A DNA stretch of 62,199 nucleotides. Source: Welwitschia mirabilis. Taxonomy: Eukaryota. A program made the position numbers and the translations under genes. The notes beneath the pieces are model-generated. The model saw only the letters and a list, made by a program, of their open reading frames with translations. It did not search any database and had not been told where the DNA came from. The stretch is taken from NCBI GenBank assembly GCA_051453625.1, contig JBOZIK010000001.1, positions 41,109,519-41,171,717 on the forward strand, read 5' to 3'. Positions 12,601 to 25,468 of the stretch are shown here, piece after piece. Positions within the stretch are counted from its first letter, which is position 1; each line of letters opens with the position of its first letter.

Positions 12601-12900
12601 AATAAGTAAGAAATAAAACTCTATTTTTCTCTCCACTATAGAAGCTAAATATATTATTGCAGGAAGTTGTTGCACTCACCTTTTATAGATGAAAGAAATG
12701 TTAAAAGATTTTGGTATGACTTTTAAATAAGTTTCAATTTTTTATGATGATACTAGTACTATCAATATATCTAAAAAGTTGAAAGGATTCATATATCCAT
12801 GAATTTTATTTCTATAGATCAATAATTAGTAGATATTTTTACTAAACCCCTAAATTTTGATACTTTTATTTGTTTCAGATGCAAATTGAGGATTATCACC
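9660..12900 (+). pseudogene. pol: A pol: protease, integrase, RT, RNase H (degenerate)
   Basis: [99 protein letters not shown]. Confidence 0.95.
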
Positions 12901-13494
12901 CTATATTATAGTTAAATGTAGGGCAGTCGATCAAACAAGATATTTGATTAATAGGACTAGGTCGATCTACCAGTTTTATACTCAGTTGCTTGGTCCCTTA
13001 AAATGGTCTATAGCATCTACAAAAGTAGGACAAAAGAGCATTATTTATTATTCTCACATTTGATTTAATCTATTGATATTTTTCATGGATTCTTATTCAT
13101 GGACATTCTGATGTTTTAATTTGTTGTATCATTTTTTCTTGTGGACATTATGCATTTGAAAATCATCATCTTATTGACATACTTGCTTTACTTATAATGC
13201 AAATCAATCATATATTCTAGCACAATTTTTGTATCATTTGGTATATCTCAGTTAGTAGTATAAAATTATATGTGCTTATTTCGATAACTTAAAATTCTTT
13301 ATATCATTTCAAAATGAATTTTAATGTCATCTATTTTAATAAGTGTTCTTAATCACTTTTTGGATTATCATTTGGTATCATTATGTTTCTCAAAATACGC
13401 ATAATGAAATTTGTAACCTTTAAGAGCACAAAATTTTATCTATTCAAAATATCTAAATTTATGTCAATATTTGGATCGTTCCTTTTAGATATGA

Positions 13495-13822
13495 TATTAA
13501 GAAAAGAGGAGAAGATTTCATATTTCTAGACACATTTAAAGATTATATTTTTTTTTTTTCCATTGATGTCAAAGAGGAAGAAGATGTAGTGTTTTCAAAC
13601 TATTTGAGTATTTGTTTAAAGTATTTTACCAAAAGGTGAGAAAATAAGGGGAAGAAAATAGTTATTATAAAAATGTTTTTTTTTTACTTAAATATTTATA
13701 TGGCTTAATAAAAGGGGGAGTTTTTATTCTAATGTGTCTAAAATTATTTGGTAAAAAGAGCTTAAAATTGTTCGATTTTTAAAATCACTTATTTATTTGC
13801 CATCAATGTGAAAGGGAAATAT
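13495..13822 (+). promoter_or_regulatory. Multiple PPTs upstream of A 3' LTR
   Basis: AAGAAAAGAGGAGAAG (~13499), AAAGAGGAAGAAG (~13571), AAGGGGAAG (~13646), AAAAGGGGGAG (~13710) and GAAAGGGAAA (13810). Multi-PPT arrays are characteristic of Sireviruses. Confidence 0.8.
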
Positions 13823-15140
13823 TATTAGATTATATTTGCCAATTATTGTTAAACTAATATCTCTTGTGTAGTGCAAATGTTATATCTTTTGTGCAGATGA
13901 GATTGAGTTCTTGTAGGTTAAAAGAATTGGATCAAAATATGCTCTAGAAATTTGTTAAGTTAATTTATCCTCTAGTGGGGGTCAATCAGATCCTAAAGGA
14001 GTTAACCGTACCTAAAGCTATCAAAGAAACAGAACTACAACCAGAGGGGTCAACCAGATTCTAATGGGGTCGACCAAACATGTAACCTAGAAGCTAGTAT
14101 CCTTGAACCGAACAGCAAGAGGTCAACCGAATTTTCATGGGGTTAACTAGATTTGAGGAGCTGATAGTCAATAGTCCTAAACTAAGAGGCAAGGGGTTGA
14201 CTGGACTCAGGATGGGGTCAATGAGACTAGAATCAACCAAACCCAAATGGGATTAATTAAAATTAGAGATGTAAAAACCTGAGGTAACTAAATTTCTCTC
14301 TCAGGTGACCTGAGTAATTCACAGCACCACATGGGATCGACCAAATTTTTGTGGATCGACCGGATGATGTAGAAAAGAAAAATTTCTAAACATTTTGTAT
14401 TTATTTCCTAGCCATTAACTAGCCATTTTCTAGTCATTTATAGGCATTGGAGGTATAATTCATTTGTAATAAATCCTATTAGCATTCCATTATAAATAGC
14501 CATGCTATTGTTGACCTAAAGATCTTTTTGGCATCATTTCTATTTGACTATATTACTATGGATCTGGAAGATCAAGCTATTATTTCTCATTGGTGTTTGA
14601 TTATATTGCTTCACATTTGACTTAAGGAGATTCATCATTAGCGTAAGCACTTTATTCTTGTTAGATCTAAGAGCCTTATTATTATGATCTACTAGAGAAG
14701 AGCTCCATTCATTGTACTTCTATAGAACATATGATATTTATGCAATCAAGGCACCACCACGTTACTACTTCCTTATCATAGATTGAGACTTACCCTTTAA
14801 AAGTCCATTGTGAAGGTTGAAACTTACCCTATAAAAATCTATTTGTAAGGATCACAGGTGAACCTGAAAAACCTATGGAATAACAAAGATCCAAGATCAA
14901 GATTAGAGAAGCTGATCATCGAGAGTGGAGTAAGGAAGTTCTAAACCACTATAAAATCGACGTGCATCTAATTGGTAGTTTATGCATTTTATTTATTGCT
15001 TTCAGAACTTTATTATTTTATGAACATTTTTGAATTAGTTATTTTCATATACAAGATATGTTTTAGGTATATTTATTTTTAGTTTTGTATTAATTTTTTG
15101 AAAGAACCTGTTCACCACCTCTGGATTCCTGATCCTACTA
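13823..15140 (+). repeat. A 3' LTR
   Basis: TATTAGATTATATTTGCC...GATCCTACTA (termini decayed to TA..TA), followed by TSD AAGAT. Confidence 0.95.
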
Positions 15141-16124
15141 AAGATGACTTTTTGACCAACTAAATCTAAGGTGTTTTCCTTGACATTGCTCTAAAACATT
15201 TTCTAGTCTATCGAGTGACTCCTCAAAATTATTTTTAAAGGTTAAGAAATCATTCATAAATGCTTCACTGATCTTCTTATTATATCTTGAAAAATTTGTT
15301 TACTAACCTTTGAAAAGTAGCGAGAGCATTACATAGTATAAATAGTAGTATCTTATAAGTATAAGAACCCAAATGATAAGTGAAATATTTTTTGACTTAA
15401 TTCTCTAAAGCTATAGGAACTTGGTTATTACCACTATATCCATTTAGAAAGCTATAGTATTAATATCTAGATACTCTTTTTAAAACTTAATCTATAAATA
15501 GAAGGGGAAAATGATCCTTATAAGTTGCAGTATTTAACATCCAAAAGTTTATACATACTTTTCATTTATTTCCTTTCTTTAATACACTAGCAATAGGACT
15601 AATCCATTTTAAATTAGATATAGAATAAATGAATCCCACATTTAAGAGTTTAAAAATCTCTTATTTAATTATCTCCTGCATGTATATCTTACATCTTTTT
15701 TTTTTTTGATTTTCTACTCAGTTTGATAGAAGTATCTAAATAAATTCTATATTAGCATATTTTTGGATCTATTTCTATAATATCTATATGACTTAAGAAA
15801 AGGATCCCTTCTTTTTAATTAACATCCCTTTAATTTTCTTTTTTGAGAATGAGTTAAATAATTTTTTTATGATTAGAGGTCTATTAAGAGCTACTTTGAT
15901 ATACTTTAGCCCTTCCTTAAGAGGAGGCTTTTCTATCTCTTGAGTTGTCAAGTATTCCTTCTCATATCTTTTTCTAATTTTATTTATTAAACATTAGAGT
16001 AACTTCTTATATTAGAATTGTATTAGTTCTAGTTTTTATGTTTTGCACCATCTCTTCAATAACCACTGCATTAGAAAGTTTGATCTCTTTTTTAAGATCT
16101 TCTAGAATGATTTCCTTTACCTCT
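15141..16124 (-). pseudogene. pol: G2 reverse transcriptase N-terminal part and upstream linker
   Basis: KLLNVGFIYSISNLKWISPIASVLKKGNK*KVCINFWMLNTATYKDHFPLLFID*VL, FLNGYSGNNQVPIA and LCNALATFQR. Confidence 0.9.
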
Positions 16125-17356
16125 TGTTGTAGTGCGTATTTTCACAACTTTACATCTTACTTCAAATACTAATAATAAAAAATACACACATTGAAAAACA
16201 CACATCCTAATATGAATGGGAGTGATCCAAATGTCATAACCCACTGAAGACCTATGAGAGGAGAAGGAGAATTTATTTTCAAAGGGAATATGATAATTAA
16301 AACTTGAGAACAAATGTAAGAATAATACATATGTGATGCAATGCAATACAAAATGCAATTAAACCTAAAAAAATACCTATTTGATTACTAAATTAACTTG
16401 TCAAGAGGATCAATTCTCTATAACCTAAATTACCTAAAGAGACTGTCATTAACCAAGACTAAGTTAAGCTATCAGATGAGTTAAATAAATGCAATGTAAA
16501 ATGACTCTAAAACTACTTTTTTTTAGTCTTAACAAAGACTTTCCTTAAGATCTATATTGTTAATGAAACTGTTACTAGATCAAGCATAACATAAACCATA
16601 AGGAAAATATAATAGGACTAAATACACAAATGAAATAGAATTTTATATTAACATAGAAGCAATATCTAGGTTACAAAGTAGCCAAGCCTCAATGAAGGAT
16701 TCACAACCCTTTACCAAGGAAATGTCTTTTTGCAACTTGCGAGAACAATCTTTTATCCTTTAATCTCCTGTTAAGAGATTATTCAGTGATTACATGTGCA
16801 TAGGAGAGTCGAAGTAGGGCCTTATTTATAAGGCTAAGAAGCAAAACTATCACATAAAAGGAACTACAAAATGTGCTCAATTATAAGAAAGAAATGGATG
16901 AAATGGATAAAGGTCAACGAGAGGTTACAAGTGTTGTCCTACCTATTATGAGGACAACTAAGGAAATGATGGCTCAAATATTACGTTTATCATCCTGCAT
17001 ATTATGATACTACTCTTGATGAGATGACTCAATAGTACCAGCTTTAGTCCATCTCAGCACCCCCAGGTGGCATCTGCAGTGTTGTCGTCCTACCTATCAT
17101 GGGAACGATAGAGGGGATGATAGTCTTCCTTGTCTTTTTAACTTAAGAGAAGATAGCCTTTTTCATCAGTGATCTTCCTCCAAGAAAAAATATATCATAA
17201 TATGCTTTAAATGCCTCTAATCATGTCAAGAATTACATCTTTCTTAGATATTTTATCAATTCTTCATAATCCTCAAAATTACATCTAAACCTATATAAAT
17301 ATCCTGTAAAATAGCTCATCTCACTTATTAAATACATAAAATTTGGCAGCGCATCA
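16125..17356 (-). repeat. G3 3' LTR (Athila-like)
   Basis: TGTTGTAGTGCG...GCAGCGCATCA; similar to LTRs at 40965 and 50615; followed by reverse-complement PPT TATCCCCCACTTAGCC. Confidence 0.85.
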
Positions 17357-18521
17357 TATCCCCCACTTAGCCTTTGTTAGTACCTAATAAAAACTAGATG
17401 AACAATTATAATTGTGAGCCAAATTATCTTAAAAAAATTAACCTAGAAATTATAAAACAAGCTCATAAATAATCTTCACATTACTTAGCAAAATAACATG
17501 TAACACATCATGTGTATGAATGAGAATTTCAAAAATTATGTCTTATGAAAACTCTAAAATAACGCAAATAATTATGAAAATAGGCCATGAAAATGAGTCC
17601 TATCCTCCTGCAAGAAAAATAATACATCCCATATTAGATAGTAAAGCAAAAAAAGCGGATGAGAATGAGAAGGAAGGTGATGGGTGTTTTTGAATTTAGA
17701 TAAATTTTTGAATTAAGTACAAAGCTAAGTATAGAAATGTCAAATTTGATAATAGAGATGTATATAATATTTTAATGAATATAAAAAAAGTACATAATGA
17801 AAATGTGCTAAGTAGAATGAAGCAGATCCATGAATGCCCAACAAATGTGCCATTACAAAAATGATTATGAGTAGCATTTAAAACTCCAAAAGACTAAAAC
17901 TAAACATCCCAAAATTGTTAAGGAAACTCATTTAAGCAAGAAATAAATTCTTTATTGAAAAATAGACAAGAAAACCATCCAATGTTAAGGTCTTAAAATG
18001 ATAAGAAAATACAAAAATGAATTCGAAACAACTAACTTAATAAAAAAAGAAAACACAAAGAATGGACATAAGGCAATATAATGAAGATAGCCTATCTACT
18101 CATTTTAACTTAGCAAATTCCTATAGAAGAAATAATAACATTACTTGATTTAAAAAAGCATGACTTAATGTATAAAAAATTCCATTTGATAAGGTAGTGG
18201 TTATGACAATGATGAAAAAAATTAAATGCTTTAAACAATGAATGATAAGACCAAAGGTTTGCTGGAAAATAAACTTACCTACTTACATCTCAAAATAAAA
18301 AATTAAATCCTTAGAAATAAAATGGTCATATGAAAGGACGAAAGACTAGAAAATAAGCAATGTCTCTGATGATACTAGGAACATCACTAATCTCATAGTC
18401 TTAAAGTCATTATTATTTATTATTTAACAACCTATGATGAGGGGAGTGTAATCATAGTCAAAGAACTAAAGACTCATGAAGCATGGCTAACTAACCTTCT
18501 AAGGGAGTTCCCATAGCTACC

Positions 18522-19800
18522 TATTGAGAATCCATTGTCATTGATTAATTTAATGAGTTTTGGTAAGCTAATCTTTTGTGTAGATAACTTCTAGCACTGG
18601 GAGACTGATTTATAAGATTGGGTGACTTAATGATCAAATAACTATAATACTATTTCAAAAGTGGACGACTGCACATGACATACTAGGCAATAGAAATAAG
18701 ACAACATAAGGAAGATCGATTCAGACATGGATGACTGCCATCCATACTTAGGCGATCGCATTTCACTCAGATACCAGGATGGGTGACCGAACATATTCCT
18801 ATGGGTGATCCCATCACACACAATGAAATCCAACCTGATAAAAAGACAAGCGGCTGACAAGATTTATACATATGACCTTATAACACATAGTAAGAATCTA
18901 TCTGATAGCAGTAAAGGCGACCGATAGTTTTTATACGGGTGACTGCATGACAATCAAAAGGACATGAATTGGGTGACTTCAGGTTGATCACATAAAATGA
19001 GATCAGGAAACCAAATTCTATTAGGAATCTCCTCTCATAAGGTCGACCGGGTAAAAATGGTCAGGGTGACCTAACTAAGGGTAATTGAGTATTTTCACAA
19101 GGGTGACCGAATTTGCATCATATCCTATACTAAGAAATTTGTGACAATAAAGGACGACCAAATGTTAGAATAACAGCGACGGTCAAACAAAGTTAATAAA
19201 AGGTTGACCATGTGACAAAAAAATGTAACCATTACGAACACAATGGTTCATTAGCAAAAGCACAATGATTCCTTAGAAAATTCCAATGGTTCATTTCTTT
19301 TTGAGGAAATGGTCATATATTATATCTTAAATATAAAAGCTCTTCTCTAATCAAGAGAGGACATTGATACTGACTTGTAAAATATAAGATTAAATAAGGA
19401 CTGTTATACTTTCTCCTAGCATATCTATACATTCTTCAAAGTTCATATTTCTATTATATTTTCATTATTGCATTTCCTTGAAAAGAAGGTTGATGTACCT
19501 TAGATATTGCATTTGTGCATTAGTGCATCCTTCTCTCTATCATTTGTCCTTGTTTAGGATAAGCCATAAAATCCTCATTGGTTGTGAAAGATTAATTGGT
19601 AAGCCTAAAAACCATTTTTGTGAGTGAATATATGCTAGCTAAGATAAGGAGTCTACAAAACTGAAGGGTGATGTGTATCCACCATTATATATCTTATTTT
19701 AGTATTTCTTTATACTTATTATTTTTGCAAGTCGTAAAGAACAAGGAAATAGAATTTGAAAGACCTATGCACCCCCTCTAGGGTTGATCCTCAACTCTCA
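18522..19800 (+). repeat. B 5' LTR
   Basis: TATTGAGAATCC...CACCCCCTCTAGGG...CTCTCA, then PBS TGGTATCAAAGC at 19803-19814. Confidence 0.95.
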
Positions 19801-19865
19801 ATTGGTATCAAAGCAAGGTTGATCAATAGATTCTAACAGATCTCTGCTCTATTCATCCCTAAAAA

Positions 19866-22800
19866 ATGAGTCAACCCACTGAAGAAAACTTTGTCACAAG
19901 ATCTCCCTTCTTCAATGGAATGAATTATAGTTATTAGAAAGCAAAAAATAAGAGTCTTTGTTCAATCCATTGACCTAAAAATCTAGGAGTCTATTATTAA
20001 TGGGTATTATTCTCCTACTGTGCAGGATCCGGTTATCAAGTTGGTAATTCCAAAAAGTAGGGACAAATGAATGTCAAACGAAAAACAAGTTGTAACCTAC
20101 AACTTAAAAGGCCTAAATGCTATCTTCTATGCCATAGATTCAGAAGATTTTAAAAGAGTGATGAACTATGCCACTACCAAAGACGCATGAGATATCTTAA
20201 AAACCACTCATGAAGGAATAAATCTAGTAAAGTAGGTTAAGCTTCAAATACGGATCATCTAGTTTGAGGACTTAAAGATGGAAGATGATGAAGGTATAAA
20301 TGATTTCTTTGCAAAACTAACAAATATTGTAAATTCTATGTGTGGATTAGGTGAATCAATTGAAAAATCAAGATTGATTCGCAAAGCCTTGAGATCTCTG
20401 CCAAAATGATTCGAATTAAAAGTGACTGCTATAGAAGAAAGCAAAGACCTAAACATCATAAAACTCAATGAACTCCTAGGAAACCTTTACACTTTTGAGC
20501 TGAAATTTGGAAAGTAGAAGAAGAAGAGTGTGGCACTATCTTTCATACATGAAGTTCCTAAAATCAAGAATGAGTTTAACCTAGAACAAGACAGCAATGA
20601 TGAAGTAGCCCTTTTAGCCAAAAGGTTCAGATGCTTCATGCAGAGACAGCAAGGTGGAGATCAGTTTAGGAGATCACCAAGAAGGAAAAATGAAGGACAT
20701 CGTGAGATTTAATGCTATTCCTACAAAGGTTTTGGTCATACTTCAAATGTTTATCCAAATAACAGAAAGGATAATAAAAGAAAGGGAAAGAAAGTCCTAT
20801 CTACAACATGGAATGACGATGAAAGTAAAAGTCAATAAAACTCAGATTCAAAACATAGTGGTATTTATCTCATGACTATCATCGATGAAAAGGTATGTTC
20901 TACTTCTTACATTGATTTAGTCATTAGTGAAGATACGCTTAATGATATTGAATTGAAATTATATTTGGAATGCCAAAATCTAGCTCATAGATTAAATCAA
21001 CTTAGAAAAGAAAATAAGCTCCTTCTAGATAAGCTTGAGATTAGGAAAAAGAAAGTTAATAACCTGAAAAATAGCCTTGCATTAACTTCCTATAGAATAA
21101 AGAATCAATCCTCCGGAAAATCATTCCCTAGCTCTTTTAATTCTTATTACTTCTCTTATTTCAAACCCTTGTCTAAAGTAGGTTTCAAGAATTCTTTAGC
21201 TAATATCACCTACTACTATTACAATAAAAATGGTCATTCTAAGATTGATTTGTGTCTTTAGCAAAAGTTGATTTTCACACTCCCTTTTAGGATCTAAGTT
21301 TACATTTACCAAAAAATCTCATCATGTTACAAATAGAAATAAATGTCTGAGGTGGNNNNNNNNNNNNNNNNNNNNNNNNNNNNNNNNNNNNNNNNNNNNN
21401 NNNNNNNNNNNNNNNNNNNNNNNNNNNNNNNNNNNNNNNNNNNNNNNNNNNNNNNAACTAAATAAACTTAGAAAAGAAAACAAGCTCCTTCTTGCTAAGC
21501 TTGAGGTAAAGACAAGGAAGTGAATGACCTAAAAAATAGTCTTGCATCATCTTCTTACTGTCTAAAGGATCACTCCTCCAGAAAATCTATTTATAGCTCT
21601 CTCAATTCTTAACACTTCTCTCTTTTCAAACCACTGTCAAAGGTTGATTCTAAGAATTCATTAGCTAATATCACCTGTCACTATTACAATAGGAAGAGTC
21701 AATCTAAAATTGATTGTGTTTTCAGTAAAAGTTGATTTTCACACTCCCTTTTTTGGATCTAAGTTTATGTTTATCAAAAAATCTCATCATGTTACAAATA
21801 GAAACAAAAATATGAGGTGGATTTCCAAGTCCAAAATCAAGAGTTTATTGATCCAAATGGCATTAAAAACATCTACTCATTCGTGTTAATATTTAGATAG
21901 TGGTTGTTCTAGACACATGACAGGTGACAAGTCAAACTTTATCAGCTTCAAGGAATACAATGGAGGAGAAGTCACTTTCTGGGATAATGGAAGAGCTTAA
22001 ATTAAAGGGATCAGAAGCATCGATAGAGGTAATTTACCAAATATTCATAATGTATTATTTGTAAATGGCTTAAAGGATAATTTATTAAGTATTAGTCAAA
22101 TTCGTGATAAGGGTCATAAAGTTTACTTCAATGAAAACTCTTGTATTGTAAAGCACTGAAAAACCAATCAACCTATTCTTGTGATAAATAGACATGAAAA
22201 TGTATATTGTGTAAATCAATCAAATAATTCAACATGTCTTTCATCCCACACTTAAGATGACATTATCTGGCATCAGTGTTTAGGTCATATTAGTTTCGAC
22301 TCTTTAAAGAAATTATGTCGTGATGAGATAGTTAGGGGTCTTCCTAAAATCTCTTTTTCTCATAAAGGGCTATATGATGCATGTCAAAAGGGAAAGCAAA
22401 CTAGAACTTCTCACAAAAGGGTCAGTGGTATCACTACTTGTAATTCTTTAGATCTAATTCATATAGATTTGGTTGGGCCTATCCAAACTGTGAGTCTATC
22501 TGGAAAAAGATATTTTTTGGTTATGATCGATGATTTCTATAGATTCTCGTGGATAGCATTTCTACATGTAAAATTTGATGCCTATGAAAACTTTATTAGA
22601 ATTTTCAAAAAGCTTCAAATAGAGAAGGGGTATATTATATAGAAAATATGAAGTGATCATGATAAGGAATTTGAAAATGAAAGATTTAAAATTTATTACC
22701 ACTCAAATGAAATTGACCATGAATTTTTAGCTCTTAAAACCCCTCAACAAAATGGAGTAGCTAAAAGAAAAAATAGGATCTTATTAGATATGGCTAGAGT

Positions 22801-24900
22801 AATGCTAAATGATAAAAACATTCCAAAACGATTTTGGGCTGAAGCTATTAACACGGCATGTCATATATCCAAAAGAGTCTATTTGAGGCCTGGAACTTCT
22901 AAAACTCCTTATGAGCTTTAGAAAGGTAGGAAACCTAATATATCCTATTTTAAAGCTTTTGGAAGTAAATGCTTTATCTTAAGAGATCGAGAGAATCTTG
23001 CAAAATTTGATAAAAAATCAAATGAGGAAATCTTTTTGGGATACTCTCAATCTAGTAGAGCTTATAAAGTTTTTAATAAAAGAACTCTTCATATGAAAGA
23101 ATCAATTAATGTAAAGATATATGATACGTCAGATTCTTCAAAACCCACGAATCTTGATAAAGATCCTATTCCCTCTTGTTTTATTAATCATAAGGATGAA
23201 AGTTCAAGAGATATCACAACTCCAAAAATTAAGGAACTTAAAGATCATCTTTGGAGTCTATTATTAGAAATGTTTAGCAGGGTATCATTACCAAAAATTC
23301 TCTTAATAACTTTAGTGCTCATGTCTCTCTTTTATCTCAAATTGAACCTAAATCTTTTAAAGAGGCTGAATCTAATCCAAATTGGATCAATGCCATGCAA
23401 GAATAACTTGAATAATTGACTAGAAATAAGGTTTGGACTCTTGTTCCAAAACCATCAAGAAAAAATATCATAGGTACAAAATGGATTTTCAGAAACAAAG
23501 TGAATAAGAATTATGAAATTACTAAGAATAAAGCTAGATTAGTGGCTCAAGGGTATTCTCAAATAGAAGGAGTAGATTGTGGAGATACATTTTCTCTGGT
23601 TGCTAGGTTGAAATCATTTAGAATATTTCTAGCTTTTGCTTATTTTAAGAAAATGAGAGTTTTTCAAATGGACATAAAAAGTGCCTTTCTAAATTGAAAT
23701 ATTGAAGAAGAAGTTTATGTTAAGCAACCCCAAGGTTTTTCTAATCCTCACAATCCTGATTATGTCTATAAACTTAACAAAGCCTTGTATGGATTAAAAC
23801 AAGCTCCTAGAGCTTGGTAAGAAAAGCTTTCATTATTCTTGCTTTAACATGGTTTTTTTAGAGGTTCTACTAATAGAACTCTTTTTCAAAAAGTTTTGAA
23901 TAATGATTTAATTTTAGTACAAATATATGTTGATGATATTATTTTTAAATCAACAAATGAAAACTTGTCAAATGATTTTGCCAAGCTCATGAGTTTTGAA
24001 TTTGAAATGAGCATGATTGGTACTGTAAATATGTTTTTGGGTTTACAAATTCAGCAATACAAATAGAGAATCTTTATCAATCAAAAGAAATATGTTTTAG
24101 ATTTGATTAAAAAATTCAACCTAGAAAATGCAAAGTGTATGGAATCTCCAATGGCCACAAATGTTAAACTTTCTTTAAATGAAAATGGTAAGGATGTGGA
24201 TCAAAAAGTATATCCTAGTATTATTGAAAGTCTATTATATCTAACAGCTAGTCATCCAGATATGGCCTTTAGTGTTGGTTTGTGTGCCAAGTATCAAAGT
24301 AAACCTAAGGAATTACATCTTACAGCTACAAAGAGAATACTTCAGTATGTGAAAGGTACTCTAGATTTTGGTTTATAGTTTTCAAATGATACTATTTTAA
24401 GCTTAATAGGATATAGTGATGCAGATTGGGTTGGATGAAAAGATGATTACAAAAGGACAAGTGGTGAATGCTTTTTCTTTAGAAATTATTTCATAGCATG
24501 GTGTAGTAAGAAATAATGCTTTATGTCTCTTTATACCATCAAAGCTTAGTACATAATAGCTTGAGCATGTTGCACTCAAACCTTATGGATGAAAGAAACC
24601 TTGAAGAACTATGGGTTGAATATGATAAAAGTGCCAATCCTTTATAACAAGTCAAGAACCATTTAAATTGATCACAACCAAGTTCAACACACTCACATCA
24701 AACACATTGATATCAAGTATCACTTTATTCATGAGTTAGTAGAAAAGAAAATAATATCTTTAGAATATGTTTACACAGAAGATCAATTGGCCGATATTTT
24801 TACAAAACTGTTTTCTTCAAATCGATTTTCAACCCTATGCTATTTTCTGAGTATCAAGTCTAAAAAGGACTTGCCTCACCTAGCCTCATTTGAATAATAA
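19866..24900 (+). pseudogene. gag-pol: B gag-pol polyprotein (degenerate)
   Basis: RSPFFNGMNYSY; ILKTTHEG...FEDLKMEDDE; LDSGCSRHMTGDK; MIDDFYRFSW; PQQNGVAKRKNR; IIGTKWIFRNK...KARLVAQGY; IYVDDIIF; GYSDADWVG; DQLADIFTK. Confidence 0.95.
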
Positions 24901-25468
24901 GTTTCAGTGAGGAGGTTCAAATCCTTTCTTTTTATATATTTTTGAACCTCGGTCAACATCTTTTCCCATTAGGGTGGCCACTTTTCCTTTAGACTTTAAA
25001 ACTATTATATTTTCCACTTACTAGGTTGACCATACATTATGTTGGGTCAAATTATTCAGTCTCATTTTTTCCTATAAAATCCTATAGAAACTATGTTAAC
25101 TGAATAATTCATTTAGTTGACCTCATTCTGATGATTTTTTTCCCCAGTCACATCAGGTCAACCTCTCATTTCTTATAGGTCTACTGAGTTTTATTCAAAT
25201 TTTGCCTATAAAATTTTCCTCTTGTAGGGTTGACAGCCAAATTCTTTGGGTCTACTACTACCTTACAATTAAGTTTTTAAAATTTTGCATGGGTTGATTG
25301 ACCTTCCAATCGGTCACTCGCGTTTTAGGCAGTGTGTCGCAGATTTTTAAAAGCCACCCGACCTTTCTCTTGTATCATTTCTTTGGTGCCTTTTTCTACC
25401 ATTTCTTGAGCTTCTGGGGGACCCTCTTCCAATTTTTCCACATGTTTTTTCTCAAATCTGGGATTAAA

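Larger units (their letters stand above)
6460..15140 (+). mobile_element. A: Ty1/copia Sirevirus-type LTR retrotransposon, gag-deleted, no env
   Basis: LTR pair, exact TSD AAGAT (6455-6459 / 15141-15145), Met-tRNA PBS, PR-INT-RT-RH order, multiple PPTs and a C-rich LTR end. Confidence 0.95.
4030..16124 (-). mobile_element. G2: Athila-like gypsy pol region, interrupted by copia A and cut at 16124 by the G3 LTR
   Basis: Order on the - strand is RT, RNase H, integrase (gypsy order). RT reads through the insertion site of A: ...SWSKSH|LMMTENIVLGYKIS. Confidence 0.9.

Noticed and set aside
16092..16358. ORF as the gag start of G2
   Set aside because: It spans the G3 LTR end and the insertion junction at 16124/16125, so it is a chance frame.
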